In this document: one piece after another, positions 62,079 to 64,000 of the stretch
Position numbering within the stretch: position 1 is the first letter of the stretch
Layout: each line of letters opens with the position of its first letter
Source of the DNA: Nanobdellota archaeon
GTDB taxonomy: Archaea; Nanobdellota; Nanobdellia; Woesearchaeales; UBA9642
DNA length: 64,000 nt
Assembly: GCA_021813435.1 (NCBI GenBank)
Contig: JAKAKR010000013.1
Location: forward strand, 120,107 to 184,106
Reading direction: 5' to 3'
The notes under the pieces: generated by a model
Told to the model about the DNA's origin: nothing
What the model saw: only the letters and a program-made list of their open reading frames with translations
Databases searched by the model: none
Made by a program: the position numbers and the translations under genes

Positions 62079-64000
62079 AGAGCAACTTGCAGCGCTGGAA
62101 AAAGAAAAAGAGCAGTTCACAAGACTTCTTGAAGCAACAGACAGAAAAGTCCAGCGCAAGGAGATGACGACATACGAACAGGAATTTCTCATCCGCGGCG
62201 CAACACGCGGGCTTGATCGCAAGAAATATCTGGAACTACTCAACACAAAAATCAAGGATGCGCGTGATGCCATTGACGTGCAAAAAGAGCGCGCACCATT
62301 CCGGCATAAACAGTTAATCATCAGCAGCGCTGCAATAGTTCTCGTCCTCATTATAGCATCATTCATCATCACAAACAGCGCGTTCACCGGATTATTCACT
62401 TATACAGTCACCAATACCTCAACGCAGGATATCAACCAGTCGTTTAATTCTGGAATGCATACATTACCGATCGACCTCGGCAAAGGGGTCATCACATCCC
62501 TGGGGATTGATGCACGGTACAGTGGGGATTTCAAGATCTTTCTGGTCAATGACAATGCCACCTATCTTGTCTATGATACTGCAACAACGCATACCGGCCT
62601 TGGAGGGATAACCGGCAATGTCATCCAGGAAAACAATTCTGGAAATGAGACCAGCGCAGGATTGAATGAATCAATGAATGCATCAATACTGCCTGCAGCA
62701 TCCATCAACACGACCCCTGAAAATATCAGCAACACCACAAGTACGCTGCCTGCAGAAAATCAAACCGGCAATACTACAACCAACAGCACGATAAATTCTA
62801 CGGCAATCATCACCAATGCATCAAACAACACTACAGAAAATACCACAAGCAATGCCACATCAAATATCGAGACAGGAAATCTCACTGCAAATAGCACAAC
62901 AAACAGTACAGAAAACAGCACAATCAACGCTACGTTCACGCCCGTGCAAAACAGTACGAATAGCACAGAGATAAAAACTAATATCACAACAAACACGACA
63001 AACACTCCACCGTCCCAGACAGGAGAAGCTGTTCCCGGACAAGAGGTTCAGGCGCCAACAAAGACTCAGCAAACACCAGTACAAACACCATCCGAGAACA
63101 ATACCTACACCAAGGAACTGCTCATACTCTCCAATGCCTGCAAGGAAACATGCTTAGTAAATATCAAGCCAAAAAAATTATCCTTAAGAATAGAAGTCGC
63201 GCAAGGTGGTTCATTGGAATTGCAGCGCATCCAATACCAACAGGAAGCAGCGCCAGTATCCCTTACGCAGACCGCAAATATCAGCGACATCAACCTTTTC
63301 GGCAGCACCACACTTGATCTCTCACAATACTTCCAGGACGAGAACAATGCAGGAATCATCTATGACACCAGTACATTGCAAGGGATCACTGTCAAGATTG
63401 AGGGATCAAAGATCACCTATACACTCCAGGAAGGGTATTCTTATCAGGATAGTTATGACGCATTCATCTATGCCACCAATGGCAAGACCATCATCACGTC
63501 TAACACATTCAAGATTTATATCAGGCCAAAAACAGAAACCAATGCATCATTAAGTATCCCATTCAATAATTCCAATACTACAGGACTCGTTACAACGCTT
63601 ACTCCAGAGACTCCGCAGGTTTCTGCAAATGCAACAGTAAACGCAAGCACTGCGCTGCCATTCATTGTCGATAAAAAGATCAGTGAAGCAATCAATGCAA
63701 ATATCTCAATCAAAAAACGTATCATCATCAAATACAAGGATAATCAGGTGAATGCGCCGCGAACCCAGCAGTATCTTGAGGATCTCAAGGCAAATGTGAC
63801 CCGGGAAGCAAAAAAGAACAGGAATGATTACAATATCACTGTTCTTGAAAAAGAAAAGAGCGCGCTTGTCCAGACCGCAGGGGCAAAGACTCCTGCCGCA
63901 GGAAATCTCATCACAGGAAATGTCGTCGGAGAAAATCCATCGCAAGTAGCAGATAATGTGACTGCAGCGATTGCGACCATCGATCAAAAAATCGAGCAGG
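62068..64000 (+). CDS. type II membrane / surface protein, N-glycosylation-sequon-rich (3'-partial, runs off window end)
   Basis: I translated it codon by codon from ATG 62068. The frame is open to base 64000, so it is absent from the ORF track. N-terminal coiled-coil-like region, one TM (LIISSAAIVLVLIIASFIITNSAF), then a long Asn/Thr/Ser-rich tract with dozens of N-x-S/T sequons. Confidence 0.7.
   Translation, partial: MDHKEQLAALEKEKEQFTRLLEATDRKVQRKEMTTYEQEFLIRGATRGLDRKKYLELLNTKIKDARDAIDVQKERAPFRHKQLIISSAAIVLVLIIASFIITNSAFTGLFTYTVTNTSTQDINQSFNSGMHTLPIDLGKGVITSLGIDARYSGDFKIFLVNDNATYLVYDTATTHTGLGGITGNVIQENNSGNETSAGLNESMNASILPAASINTTPENISNTTSTLPAENQTGNTTTNSTINSTAIITNASNNTTENTTSNATSNIETGNLTANSTTNSTENSTINATFTPVQNSTNSTEIKTNITTNTTNTPPSQTGEAVPGQEVQAPTKTQQTPVQTPSENNTYTKELLILSNACKETCLVNIKPKKLSLRIEVAQGGSLELQRIQYQQEAAPVSLTQTANISDINLFGSTTLDLSQYFQDENNAGIIYDTSTLQGITVKIEGSKITYTLQEGYSYQDSYDAFIYATNGKTIITSNTFKIYIRPKTETNASLSIPFNNSNTTGLVTTLTPETPQVSANATVNASTALPFIVDKKISEAINANISIKKRIIIKYKDNQVNAPRTQQYLEDLKANVTREAKKNRNDYNITVLEKEKSALVQTAGAKTPAAGNLITGNVVGENPSQVADNVTAAIATIDQKIEQ

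Noticed and set aside
62073-63005. Minus-strand ORFs 62073-62399, 62760-63005 and 62860-63084.
   Set aside because: They are antisense to the long open frame starting at 62068, which has TM and sequon-rich features.

Overview
The window looks like an archaeal chromosomal fragment. Evidence: TFS, an NMD3-like protein, a Hel308-type helicase, Taw1, two intron-containing tRNAs, and A/T-rich TATA-like boxes about 20-30 nt upstream of many start codons, a geometry that suggests largely leaderless transcripts. I found no rRNA, CRISPR array, integrase or transposase.

Layout:
- 1-12.5 kb: tightly packed housekeeping genes. These include a thyA-tmk dTMP operon, TFS, signal peptidase, a 2H phosphoesterase, MazG, NMD3, and a helicase that lacks its first RecA domain.
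- 12.5-13.0 kb: tRNA-Ile(GAU) and tRNA-Asn(GUU), each with an anticodon-loop intron, followed by a ~190-nt strongly self-complementary candidate ncRNA.
- 13-56 kb: a very large cell-envelope glycan or glycopolymer locus. It holds GT2, GT4, GT8 and GT-C-like transferases, a Wzm/Wzt-type ABC exporter, a carbamoyltransferase with SxtJ and DUF5989 partners, four lipobox-anchored alkaline-phosphatase-superfamily enzymes, two SGNH hydrolases and a methyltransferase.
- 56-64 kb: secreted and surface proteins. These are a ~11% Cys protein, an HEXXH protein, a Tat-signal protein, and a sequon-rich partial surface protein preceded by a small HTH gene.

Most interesting signals:
- The glycan locus contains seven radical-SAM domains, four of them cobalamin-type. 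I saw no nucleotide-sugar synthesis genes in it.
- An unnamed ~110-aa 'FRW' module recurs seven times in two flavours. The cytoplasmic flavour sits immediately N-terminal to radical-SAM cores. The extracytoplasmic flavour sits at the C-terminus of sulfatase-like and GT-C proteins.

All functional calls come from motif reading and memory of protein families. No database search was run.
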